A stretch of 64,000 nucleotides of DNA from Octopus sinensis (GCF_006345805.1 NC_043009.1:60202001-60266000), one strand, 5' to 3'; shown: positions 38,831-51,433, counted from the stretch's first letter. Notes: generated by a model not told the origin, from the letters alone. Program-made: numbers and translations.

Positions 38831-38868
38831 TCTTTCTGTTGAAGAGCGTAGGCTCGAAACGTAAAAGA
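38831..38868 (+). ncRNA. minimal type I hammerhead-like motif with an extra A after A9 and an A6-to-U change
   Basis: TCTTT-CTGTTGA-A-GAGC(GTAG)GCTC-GAAA-CG-TA-AAAGA, within a ~210 bp element between (TA)n tracts. Confidence 0.55.
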
Positions 38869-39299
38869 CTTGTTTTATTTATATTCCTGAGCGCCATACT
38901 AATACAATTGTTTGTTTGTATTCCACCTGCCTTCGTCTTTTGTTTATTTTCATAACTTCCCGTTTAATATATATATATATATATATATAACTATTAAAGA
39001 GGACAGCAAGCGTTAAGGCAATGCAAAAATCTCAAGTCATATACATTATTATTATTGGAAATTCAAAGTCTTACGGCTGTTTCTGGGATATCCCAGAGTA
39101 TGGGATATTCCATCATCAGAGACAAATAGGGGAAATGAGAAGGGTATAAATTAATTAAATGACGACATAGATGACATGAGTTAGAATACGAAGATGAGGA
39201 GAGAGGGAGAAAAAGAAGCATAAAAGAATGGATTACACTTAAGGACTTATGCACTTATTTCTACAACATCGGAAAGTTGAACTGTGAACTTTTATGCTT

Positions 39300-39350
<51 letters not shown>

Positions 39351-39398
39351 ATCTCCGTATTCTAACTCATGTCCTCTATGTCGTCATTTAAGAGAGAG

Positions 39399-39690
39399 CG
39401 AAAACACCTAAAAGATCCACGAGGCTCCGGCAGGGATGGTGGTGATCCCTGCTGTACTCTTTCACCACAACTTTCTCTCACTCTTACTTCCTGTTTCTGT
39501 TGTACCTGTATTTCAAGGAGCCGGCCTCGTCACTCACTGTGTCACGCTGAATATCCCCGAGAACTACGTTAAGGGTGCACGTGTATGTGGAGTGCTCAGC
39601 CACTTACACGTTAATTTCACGAGCAGGCTGTTCCGTTGATTCGGATCAACCGGAATCCTCATCGTCGTAACCGACGGAGTGCTTCCAGTC
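39399..39690 (+). mobile_element. SINE family E2, 5'-truncated
   Basis: 14 bp TSD catttaagagagag at 39385-39398 and 39691-39704. Shares its central domain with E1 but has a different tail. Confidence 0.85.
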
Positions 39691-40449
39691 CATTTAAGAG
39701 AGAGAGAGAGAGAGAGTATATATGTGTGTATGTATATATATAGCAGAATTCTGCTGGCTCACCCACTTACTTATTTGGTTATGTTGTTAAGTGTTTTGGT
39801 AATAATCTTGAAAAAGTCGATATTTAAAGCGAAAATAATTCATTTTAACATATTTCTTAAATTTAATCAGTAAACAGTGTACAGGAAATATGAAATATGT
39901 TTCTAAATTGCATCTGACTTTCACTGTTGCTGTGATGTTGTTATTGGCTTCTAAAATTCAATGATGTAAACTTGTTTGAATATTTAAAAGAATTACGGGG
40001 AAAAAACCGATACATACATCAATAAATACATTTATACATACATATATTCAAAATATCTGGCACGTCAGAGACTACACCAAATTTCTCATCTGGTGGAATA
40101 TTGTAGATCAACAGGTTGCTTCATAAACATTGTAGATGTTGCGACAAACATTTTGTCATGTGATCTTTAAGCATTACTTTGTGTAGTTCTTGGAGATTAT
40201 GGGTTGTTTTGTAGTTACTGCTGTGTACTGTCGGTCTGGCTTCTATCTATTGAAATTCGAGTTGCAATATGATTTTCTCTTCTGTTGACATTTTAATTCT
40301 TTTTTTTTTCTAACGTATCGTTTTGAGTGAAGCTATGGTATTTCTCTGCGAAGCAAGATGTACGTCTCTCGACACCATTAGTGATTTAGAAATCGTTCTT
40401 ATAAATAACTAAATGATTTCATAAAATACTCATATTTTATGAGTATTTT

Positions 40450-40870
40450 GCACAGGAGTGGCGTGTGGTAAGTAGCTTGCTAACCAACCACATGGTTCCG
40501 GGTTCAGTCCGCTGAGTGGCATCTTGGGCAAGTGTCTTCTGCTATAGCCCCGGGCCGACCAATGCCTTGTGAGTGGATTTGGTAAACGGAAACTGAAAAG
40601 AAGCCTGTCGTATATATGTATATATATATAAGTGTGTGTATATGTTTGTGTGTCTGTGTTTGTTCCCCTAGCATTGCTTGACAACCTATGCTGGTGTGTT
40701 TACGTCCCCGTCACTTAGCGGTTCGGCAAAAGTGACCGATAGAATAAGTACTGGGCTTACAAAGAATAAGTCCCGGGGTCGATTTGCTCGACTAAAGGCG
40801 GTGCTCCAGCATGGCCGCAGTCAAATGACTGAAACAAGTAAAAGAGTAAAAGAGTAAAAGAGTAAGAGAG
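40450..40870 (+). mobile_element. SINE family C, full length
   Basis: Match to 9762-10163. Confidence 0.9.
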
Positions 40871-42547
40871 TATATTATTTTTATATGTACTTCAGATAGT
40901 GAGAATAGTGTTGTATACAACACATGTTCTTTTTCAATCAACGTGGAAGCTTCTACACAGTCAATTAGCCTATTAGATATAGTAACTGTATCTTCCTCAA
41001 GTCACAAGCATTGGTTAAACATAGTCTACACTACAAGACATGTGTTGTGCAGCAGCATCGAACTTGGAACTATGCCCACCTCTGTGATTTGAGTAAGATT
41101 TAGCTTTCATTTCTCGCAGGTCTATCGAGCATGTAGAGATTCCCATATCAGCTTCTAACTTACCACTGAACGACAAGTCAAAATAAATTATGTTTATTCT
41201 CCTAGTTTGGGATAGGAATTTATATTCTGTAAATCTCAAAGAAACTTTTACCGGCAAATAATTGCTGACATTCTCCTACTTCTTTCCACTCATAGACAAC
41301 TTTAAGCGATTTGAAGATTTATTGAGATGTGTTAGCTGCCTATCTGGTTTACAATAGGATTTAATATCTCTTGGTAGACAACTACGAAATGACGTCTAAG
41401 AAAACTATTGTATAGAAAGGGGTACTTGTAGAAACGTTAAAGTAGAAGTGTTTGAACGAGCGAATTACATACATTCTTATTTAACTTATCAAACTTGTAA
41501 CCGTTCGTAGAATATAAAAGGGTGAGTTTGACATCTAAATACATGTTTATCTTTTCAATACCGAATTTAATCATCGCCGTGTTCAGGATACGTAAACTTA
41601 CCGATTTATTCAGCATTACACTACACTAGAAATACAGATTTTAAAACTTTAAACTAGCCATACGACACACATTAGCATAATTGTTTGTTACAAAGATACA
41701 GGGCCGGAAATTTTGTAGAGAAAGATGGGGGTTTATTCGATTACATTGGTCCCAATAATTGACTAAAACTTTATTATAAGGACCCTGGGAGGTAGAAAGC
41801 ATATATACATATATATATATGTATGTATATGTGTGTGTTTACATATATGTACGTGTGTATATATATATATGAAGTATAAGGAAAGCAAGCAGTTATAGGT
41901 GTAGACGATCTTTAATTCATAAATTCATAATCCATTTTGGTACAGAGCCAATATAAATTCTACAAATTGTTTTGGAGTCTAATTAACTTCAAAAACAAAA
42001 ACGAAAAACTCTTCTTGAAATAAAAATTAGATTCTTCGTCAAGAATTACATATTGGTATAAATAATTACGACCAACAAAAATATACAAAGACCTTTCATA
42101 GCCCAGATGGGAACGAACAAATGATAATAGAATGAAAGTTAACTAGAACGCCAGATGATAATATAAAATCAGAAAAATATTTATAGAGAAAACCATTCCA
42201 GCGTTTTATTAACATTACAATTTACGACACGGAGATACTTAGTAATGGCAGATAAATTTAATGAAATAAAAATTAACTGCAAAAATAATAGGGTTATCTA
42301 ATTTAAATTAAGAAATCAAAAATTATTAACTGCAAACCGATATGTAAAATGTAACAAATGTCATAAGTCAAAGTTAATAACATGGTAATATCAAACAAAA
42401 AGAAAAAGAAAAAGCAATTCTTTCATTTACAAAATAGCTATCTACAAAGAAAGCAGAAGAATTTGCACCGTTAAATTGTTGATTGTTACATTTAGTTCAT
42501 TTCTGTATGGCATTGGGATATTGCAAAAGGATCGCAATACACCAGAG

Positions 42548-43077
42548 CTTCCTGGAAACTTCTGAGGCGGCGAGGAATTACTTCATGCAAACTTCCGAGA
42601 AGGGGTAGAAATGACTTCCTGGAATGTTCCGAAGAGGGAGGAGTTACTACCTGGAAAAATACGAGGATGAGACATCCAAGAAAGTTCCGAGGATATCCTG
42701 GAAAGTTCCTAGGATGGGGCTTCCTGGTAAATTCCGATGACTTCAAGGAAAGTTCCGAGAATAAGAGACTACCAGGAAAATTCCAAGGATGAGGGGTTTC
42801 CTGGAGAATTCTGAAGACGCAACGTCCTGGAAAATCCAGAGAACTTCCTGAAAAGTTCCAAGGATGAGACTTCATGGAAAATTCCAAGGATTTCCTGGAA
42901 AGCACCGAGGGTGAAACTCCCTGGGAAATTTCAAGTACTATTTGTGACTTCCTGGAAAATTCCGATGATATCCTGGAAATTTCAGAGGATTTTCTAGAAA
43001 GTTCCGATGATTGGATTTCCTGGATAATTCCGAGGGTTTCTTGGAAAGTTCCAAGGGTGGGACTTCCTGGAAAATTC
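42548..43077. repeat. degenerate minisatellite, about 21 units, core cttcctggaaaattccgagga plus 0-13 bp variable spacer
   Basis: Manual alignment of units. Confidence 0.85.
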
Positions 43078-44380
43078 TTTATTCAGTGCCCTTGAACTAA
43101 ATCTCTTCCTGGTTCCTTCCAATTCGGCATTTTCCTCACACTTTACTCATTAATGCAATAGTTTATCTTAGATCTTGCTGCTTCTCACTCAGTATTACTC
43201 CCCACACTTACTGCATTTCCATTATGACTGACTGGTTTATCCCAAATATTACTCCAGAACTTTCTAGTTTCTTCTGCATTAAATTTCTCAGCTTCAGTAC
43301 TTCGTTCTCCATTATTTATTTAGTTATAAATCTCCTCTGGTCTGTCTCAAATAATCTGTTCAGTTGATACTGATCTATTCTTTTGTGATATCTGGAGAGC
43401 TTGTCTGCTACTGCTATGATACGCTGTTTCAACTCTTCTATTATTGTCACAAATCCTTTCTCTTAGACTAAATATCTTTCCTTGAGGCAAGTGTTGCATT
43501 TCCTAACTTGTTTGTTTTCTAGGCTTCTATTTGTCTCAGACCTTGTCTTAAAATCTTCACTTATTTTTTAGTTACATTTTCCACATTTGCTTTTTTTCAA
43601 TCTTTCACTTTGAAATATCTAATCTTCTGGTGACTACTACCCCTCCAGCATAGAACAATAAGTTAGTGTCTTGTATATTTTTAGTATCTATCCTACTGAT
43701 AATGAAATCTACTTTCCTAGTGATTTCTAGCAGCTTCATTCTGTTGGTGCCTTTTAATGCTGGCAATCTTTTTCTTACTTCTTTACTCATTACTCCCTGC
43801 AACTCATCTAAAATCTTCTAATCTTCCTCACTTAAATCACTTAAGTCGTTGGTGTTAGTTGTCCCGTCCTTAGTTGTAGCACTATTATTATTTTTCCTTT
43901 AGATTGTTCTTTGGTTTAATATACATCTCCTATATTATTGTTTGTCTTTCCTACTGCCTGGTCTTCCTTTTCCAGTTCTCTTGTTATCTCTTCTACCTCT
44001 AATTCTGTCATCCACTTTCTTCTCCTAATGGCATTAGCTTGATCTACTAATCTCTGCTCAGTCACTGCAAACATACCCTTCTCTACCCAAAGTGTTAACA
44101 TCCGTTTTCTATAGCCCCTTTTTTAAAGTCCACTTTCTAAGTAGCACTGCATCACTAACCCGTTTTCTTCACTGGTCCACTTCCTCCTCCTTGCTCTATT
44201 ATCTGCTGGTGCTGTATTAGGATAACATCTGTGGTCAGTCTGCATCGTTACTGAACTGCTGCCAAGCGAGAGGTCTTCCCTTAAAGATCCAACTTCATTT
44301 TCGCTATTACAACTTGAGTTTCTTCGGAAATTCCCGTCTCTCATAAACTGAGCTAAGTTAATGTTCGTCACCATCGTCAT
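43078..44380 (-). pseudogene. R4/Dong-clade non-LTR retrotransposon, 5' ORF up to the start of RT, with stops and frameshifts
   Basis: RRKWTSEENGLVMQCYLES; TEQRLVDQANAIRRRKW; EELKQRIIAVADKLSRYHKRIDQYQLNRLFETDQRRF; KMPNWKEPGRDLVQG. Confidence 0.85.
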
Positions 44381-44420
44381 CAACACTATTATTTTTCGAC
44401 AACTAATAGTTTCAAGCAAC

Positions 44421-44668
44421 TTTTTATTGCATCATTTGTTGCACCTTGCTGGGTATGATGGAAAGTGTCAGCTGTCCACAGCCAGCAGACTGAGGTGATA
44501 CTTGTTTACTGGTCATGCTTCAAGAACCCTGTGAAGAATTCTTGCAGTTCCAAGCAATCCTGATTTTTGTAATTGTTCTACCTTCACACTTGCCCCAATC
44601 TTTTTCGACCATGTTGGTACGTCTACTCTCTTCATTGACCTCAGCCTTCGTATTTCCCACTTTAAATC
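44421..44668 (-). pseudogene. R4/Dong-clade 3' end (copy B)
   Basis: DLKWEIRRLRSMKRVDVPTWSKKIGASVKVEQLQKSGLLGTARILHRVLEA*, then a UTR and aataaa. Confidence 0.8.
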
Positions 44669-44714
44669 ATCATTAATATTACTATTGTTGCTGTTGTTGT
44701 TGTTATTGTTATTA

Positions 44715-44760
<46 letters not shown>

Positions 44761-44787
44761 TATTATTATTATTACTATTATTTTATT

Positions 44788-45025
44788 GTCTTTGCACAGC
44801 TTCTAACGCTGGAGATGTACTAGGGTGTCAGCTGTTCCCTACCAGTAAACTAAGGTAACACCCCTTATTTTTCGAGCACCATCCGGAGTATTCGAGCAGT
44901 TCCAAGTAGTGCTGTTTTCTGCAAGTGTTCCATCCTTATTGCAGCCCCTATTTGTTCCATGTACTTCTCAAGATTTTTGCTCACTGTTCCCAGGGCTCTG
45001 ACAGTTATTGCTACTACTACCACCC

Positions 45026-45026
<1 letters not shown>
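44788..45026 (-). pseudogene. R4/Dong-clade 5'-truncated 3' end (copy A) inserted in (TAA)n
   Basis: RVVVVAITVRALGTVSKNLEKYMEQIGAAIRMEHLQKTALLGTARILRMVLEK*, with (TTA)n on both sides. Confidence 0.85.
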
Positions 45027-45089
<63 letters not shown>

Positions 45090-45165
45090 TATTATCATTA
45101 TTATTACTATTATCGTTGTTGTTGTTATTATTATTATTATTATCATCATTATTAATATTATTATT

Positions 45166-45719
45166 TGAGAGAGCGGTGCATGCCATCAAAGTGACACTGG
45201 GGTAAAATATACGATGCCCACTATACCCATCATGACTACTACCCGTGTGGTAATAGTACACCAGGCACATGTATCACAACCATATGTGAGCGACATAGTG
45301 ATCTCATATCAAGATAAACAGCACATGATCTTGCAGGTTGGGCCCAGTTAGAATTTTCTTCGGGTCGAGTAGTCCATCCTGCTCAAAAGGTCCCTGAATA
45401 AGGGTTGTTTAAGGATGAAAACAACACCCTTGTTTCAAAAGGGGAATCATTCAAACTCTAAAGAATTCCTCTCAACACATGGCTTTGATACTCCCCTACT
45501 ACTTCTGCTTGTGATCAAAGATGCACATATCGTCAGCCACTAAGGGACATGCTCAACTGGTTATGGTCAAACAACTGACAAGCAAATCTGTGGTATTGAG
45601 CAGAATATTTGCTGTAGACCATCTTTTATACCAAGACAAAGCAACGTACATGATAACATTTCCAATCAGTTAAGACCAGAAGTCATGAGAGCCACTGCCT
45701 GGTACTGCATCAGGGCATT
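45166..45719. mobile_element. second copy of the ~555 bp (TTA)n-embedded element
   Basis: Colinear with 19181-19738 over its full length. Confidence 0.85.
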
Positions 45720-45813
45720 TATGATTATTTTTATTATCATTATTATTATTTGCTTTTAATCTGCATGTCTGTTACAATCATTTGCCGCGACGCACCTAGC
45801 GTCCTATTATTAC

Positions 45814-45874
<61 letters not shown>

Positions 45875-46729
45875 GCAGAATCGCTATTCAGTAACAACAC
45901 TTTATGTTTCGCAAAAGATTAAATTAATGAGACACTCTGTAGATGTCGGTAATTCTTAATCAAATCTACAACAATTCTCTTCTTCAAACTAGTGTATTTC
46001 GTTGTTTTTTCTTGTTGGTTTTTTTTTTTGGGGGGGTCGTAAATTTGTCTGTCGCTATGAACACTAGTTTTATCAGGTTATTGTAATGAAGTGCTTCTTT
46101 CTCTGATCATCAGTGCTTCAGTCTTTAACCTTTTAAGTACGGAAGTCATAGATAAGCGATTTCATGACAGAAATCGTCAATAAGCAGCTCTGACTTTTAA
46201 TACCATTTTTTAAAAGTATAAAAATAAAACTTCAATGTTTAAATATTGATTTTCTACATTTTTCTGCGATCAGAATAACATGCTCTCAAAGATTAAACAC
46301 CGACCCTAAGGGATTCCTATACAATATCGCCTTCAAACAGACAATTATTTCTCGTTCGACGCATTTTATTAAACAACCTCTACATTTTAACAGCTTCTAC
46401 ATACATCATCGGTTTTCTCTGAATACAGATACAATATATCTGAATTATTAAATATACCAGTGGGAGTATTTCTCTATTAAACTCTGTCCAAATCCACATT
46501 ATCATTTCTCCTTGTTTATCGATTCAATTCTCTCAAGAAAAGAAAACTGTTCAAATAGAGTTCAGATTCCACAACAATGGAGCCTCGCTTTTATTCCTAT
46601 TATTAACTAGACTTTTATTAAAAGCAGTGAGTTGGCAGAATTGATTTAAATTGTCACGTAAAATGCGATGCGATATTTCTCCTGGCCTTTTATATGATTT
46701 GAGTTCGAATCACACTGCTATCGACTCTT

Positions 46730-47095
46730 GAGCTGATAGAATCTTTAGCACGCCAGGCAAAATGCTTAGCGGTATTTCGCCGGTGCTGCGTTCTAAGTTC
46801 AAATTCTGCCGAGGTCAAATTTACCTTTCATCCTTTCGGGGTCGATAAATAAAGTACCAATGAAACACTGGAGTCGATGTAATCGACTATCCCCTCCCCC
46901 AAATTTCAGGTCTTGTGCCTTTAGTAGAAACGATCGTTAGCACGCCGCAGCTCTCTACGTTCCAGCTCTCTACGTTCCAAGTTCAAGTCCCACCAAGGGT
47001 TGATTTTGCCTTTCATCCTTTCGGAGTCGAAGTCCAGGGATCAATGTAATCGACTAGGTCCCTACCTCAAAATTTCAGGCCTTGTGCCTATGATA
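46730..47095 (+). mobile_element. two adjacent SINE family B copies; the second is interrupted in its tail by a mariner
   Basis: Tails aaatttcagg.cttgtgcct at ~46900 and ~47070. The second tail resumes (gaaatgatt) after 47663. Confidence 0.75.
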
Positions 47096-47661
47096 GTGGG
47101 TTGTCCGGAAAATTCGTGCCGATTTTTAAAGGAAAGAAAAAGGTCAATAAATACTTGCCATTACATTTTTAATCAACCAAATATGAACCATTTTCTTGCA
47201 CAATGCGTCTCCATCTTTCCTTTAACTTGAAAATACTCTCATCCCAGAATTGAGGTGGTTTCATGGCAAAGAATTCATCGAGGTATCTTTTTAGGTCATC
47301 CAAGCAATTGAAATTTTTACCATTAAGACTATTCTGCAGAGACCTGAATAAGTGGAAATCCGAAGGAGCAATATCTGGTGAATATTGGAGGTTGGGTAAC
47401 ATATCCCAGCCGAGCTGCAGCAATTTTTGTCTGGTTCCCAAAGCATCAATTGCCGAAAATGAACTTTCTTATCTTCCATTTTAAAGGGTTACAGAATTAA
47501 CACAGGTTATAGGAACATAAACCTTCTTCCACGAAAAGATAGCTTAAACTGTGCTGTAAATTGAGGTGTAGTCAAATCCTATTTTATGGACTCAACCATG
47601 TTCTAAAATAAGTCGAAAGTTAAGCTACTACAAATCGGCACGAACTTTCCGGACAACCCAA
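47096..47661 (-). mobile_element. internally deleted mariner (566 bp), non-autonomous
   Basis: TIR .tgggttgtccggaaa.ttcgtgccgattt at both ends and TA TSD at 47094 and 47662. N-terminal MEDKKVHFRQLML is fused to the C-terminal ...YSPDIAPSDFHLF. Confidence 0.92.
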
Positions 47662-47684
47662 TAGAAATGATTATTATTATCATA

Positions 47685-47875
47685 AAGGCTGCGCGCTGGC
47701 AGAATCGTTAACATGTCGGAAAAAATTGCTTAGCGGCATTTCGTCCATCCTTACATTCTGAATTCAATTTTATCCCATATCGATTTTGCCTTTCATCTCC
47801 TCGGGGGTCAATGAAATAAGTACCAGTTGTGCACTGGGGTCGATGTAAAAATTTCTGGCCTCTGGCTTGAAAATT
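47685..47875 (+). mobile_element. diverged SINE family A/B copy
   Basis: ggctgcgcgctggcagaatcgtta...ttttgcctttcatc...aaataagtaccagt. Confidence 0.7.
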
Positions 47876-48313
47876 TTGGGAGACATCATAAACGTTGTCG
47901 TCATCATGATTTACATTCGAAAGAAGGATAGCGGTGTCGACATGAGCAATGACACTTGTGCACTGAGGAAAAATAATTTATCAACAGAACAAATATAAAT
48001 TTGTAAAGACATTTATTCCAGTACACTATTTTCCATGACTATCAACAACAGACTGTAACAGAAGCAATAAAAAAAGAAAGTGTTAGTAATTAAGATTTCA
48101 TGAAATGAGTTTCTCTTTTCTTATCATGCATCTTTTTGCTTTTCTTTTTGATGTGTTTGTTTTTATTAGGAAATGTTAATCGGAATTAATTGCTCTTTGG
48201 TGAATGACAATCTGTGTACTAATTTATCAAAAGTTTTAAGAGACACACAAACAAATGTATTTAGCGAACTTTCTAATGAGTGTATGTGTGTGTGTCTGCG
48301 CGAGTGTGTCTGC

Positions 48314-48363
<50 letters not shown>

Positions 48364-48459
48364 TATATAATATACATATATATGCACACATATGTATATA
48401 TATGCATGCATATACATACAAACATATATATACATATATATACACAAACATACATATAC

Positions 48460-48491
<32 letters not shown>

Positions 48492-48503
48492 GTATATGTA
48501 TAT

Positions 48504-48544
<41 letters not shown>

Positions 48545-48705
48545 CACACACGCACACACATATATATGTATGTATATACACATGATTGTGGAGTATCGTG
48601 GGTAGTGCACTTCTATCTATGTATGAATGTGGATTAAATTTGTGTACATGTGTGCATGTAAAATGAGAGATGGCAAGAATGCGTGTGAGAAAGAGACGGA
48701 AAAGA

Positions 48706-48765
<60 letters not shown>

Positions 48766-48920
48766 GTGTGTGTGTGCGTGGTACGTTTCAGATAATGTAG
48801 TATCTTGCTGCTAGCAGATCGGATTTCGGCTCATAACGTAGCGATGGTCATTTGTTTTGCATCCTTGGGGTAAATCGAGTTTTTCTCTACTCACCCCAAG
48901 TATTTTTATTGTTATCATAC

Positions 48921-48973
<53 letters not shown>

Positions 48974-49222
48974 AGTCGTTGCCATCATCATCATCATCAT
49001 CATCATCATATTCAAAATACGAGGGTGTGATGGAAATTTTATTTCTTTAAGGGTATCTTGAAAGGCTTTGTTGGAGACCCAAACTTCCGAGTACTTTTAC
49101 AATACTTTCAAAAACTTAAGGGTCGCTGCAATAGGTATGTGAAAATCATCGTTAACTGATCCTCCTGTATTTTCTTTTACCCAAAGCCAGGAACTTTTCA
49201 GCACCCACTCGTGTGTGTGTGT

Positions 49223-49267
<45 letters not shown>

Positions 49268-49301
49268 TTATGTATGTATTTATATGTGTAGATAGACAGA
49301 C

Positions 49302-49376
<75 letters not shown>

Positions 49377-49381
49377 CAGAA

Positions 49382-49452
<71 letters not shown>

Positions 49453-49542
49453 CAGAAGACAGACAGAAGACAGACAGGAGGACAGACAGACAGACAGACA
49501 GACAGATGATAGATATAGATAGATAGATAGATAGATAGATAG

Positions 49543-49574
<32 letters not shown>

Positions 49575-49812
49575 AGATAGATAGATAGATAGATAGATAC
49601 GCGCCCGAAAACTAGCGACTCGGCAAAAGGAGACTGATAGAATAAGTAACAGGTTTTTGAAAACAATTACTGGGGTCGATTCTTCCGACTAGATATTCTT
49701 CAAAGAGGTAGCCCAGCATGGCCGCAGTCAAAAAACTGAAAAGTAAATGATAAATGATTTTTCTTTTACACGCACACAGATACACAAAGATGCACATAGA
49801 CACACACGCACA

Positions 49813-49845
<33 letters not shown>

Positions 49846-49959
49846 CACACACACACATATATGCCCAGAGTCTAGGGAACGAAGTCGCAGAAGGTAGGAC
49901 GAATGGCTACTATGAAATTTAGCGAGTAAATATCATTATTACAAAATGAAGTAAAAATG

Positions 49960-50420
49960 AATATTGTTCTTCTCCTTAATCCTTTTTGCCCCTTGTGGAG
50001 CATAGGGCCTCAACAGTTGTTTTTCACTTTTTGCGGTCATTGGCATGTTTCTTGGCTGCTTCCCATGTCAGGCCAGTGGTCCTGAGCTCGTCAAAAATGT
50101 TTCGCTTCCATGTCTGCTTCGGGCGTCCTCGCTTCCTTTTTCCCAGTGGGTTCCAGTCAAGTGCTTGTCATGTCACATTTGAGGGTTCTTTCCGCAGTGT
50201 GTGTCCGATCCATCTCCATTTTCTTCGTCTAATCTGAACATGTATGGACTCCTGGTTGGCCCTTTCCCACAGGTCGGTGTTTGGCACTCTGTCGAACCAC
50301 TTCAGATGGAGGATCTGGCGGAGATATTTGTTGATGAAGGTCTGGATCTTCTTGTAGTTGCTGCAAGTGGCTCTCCGTGTGTCAGAGCCATACAAAAGCA
50401 TTAATATTTTTCCGATACTG
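49960..50420 (-). pseudogene. RTE-clade LINE 3' end fragment
   Basis: LLYGSDT...KIQTFINKYLRQILHLKW...IRRRKWRWIGHTLRK...ALDWNPLGKRKRGRPKQTW...ALCSTRGKKD* (stop at 49976-49978). Confidence 0.88.
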
Positions 50421-50684
50421 ATAATACCATAGTATAATTTTGGGTGTCGCAAGCGTATTGTCACAGCTCAAATTACTGGTCTATATTAAACTCGCGCATA
50501 CATGCGTATGTATGTATTTTGTATATTATGAATTACACTAAAACATCGCCGTACCAATAACCAATTGTTAGAACTCAATATTCATGTTTCACAGTATCCA
50601 GAGAGTGAAGAAGTCTGAATTGTCCTTGTGTTATCAACTCCAAATTCTTATCTGAAGCAACAGGTAGATAGAAAGCGTAATATT

Positions 50685-50886
50685 GGTTTCAAATTTTGGC
50701 AGCTCAGGGGTGGGGATAAGTCGATTACATCGACCCCAGTGTGCAACTGGTACTTATCTTATCGACACCGAAAGGATGAGAGACGAAGTCGACCACAGCG
50801 AAATTTGAACTGAGAACGTAAAGGGGGATGAAATGCCGCTAAGCATTTTATTTTCGGCGTGCTAACGATTCTGCCAGCTCGCCGCC
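50685..50886 (-). mobile_element. SINE family B
   Basis: Reverse complement of the family A/B head and centre. Confidence 0.8.
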
Positions 50887-51096
50887 ATAACACAATAAAT
50901 AATTGAATAACAAATGAAAAGCATTTTCCTAATCGCTTTAGCTTAAACCTGTTTCTGTAATGTCCCACTATCGCCAGCCCTGAGTGCACCGTTCCTTACT
51001 GTAGGTATCTGGACGTAAGCAGTAATGCACATCGTTATTCAGGAAGGCGTAGGACGTGTGTTCTGAAACTGTCTATAAAGCTGAGTATATATATAT

Positions 51097-51162
<66 letters not shown>

Positions 51163-51229
51163 CGTGTAAAAGAGATAGAGAGTGAGAGAGACAGACAAAC
51201 AAAACAGACTGACAGACATGTGTATTATA

Positions 51230-51278
<49 letters not shown>

Positions 51279-51378
51279 TACTTCTTTGAACCTTTGCCAT
51301 ATGTGTGTGCATGTGTGTGTATGTGTGTGTGAATATATATATATGTATATATATACACACACGCGCATACATGTTATA

Positions 51379-51430
<52 letters not shown>

Positions 51431-51433
<3 letters not shown>

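Noticed and set aside
41100-41185. Strong-looking splice acceptor (tttcatttctcgcag) and a short open frame
   Set aside because: No convincing donor, a stop within about 22 codons, and no recognisable protein.
42548-43077. CRISPR-like repeat-spacer reading of the minisatellite
   Set aside because: Eukaryotic context, degenerate repeats, spacers only 0-13 bp, and no cas genes.
49985-49998. gccccttgtgg shared between the RTE 3' end and the SINE A tail as evidence of partnership
   Set aside because: The match is only 11 bp and antisense relative to the SINE's Pol III orientation, so it is not the expected shared 3' tail.
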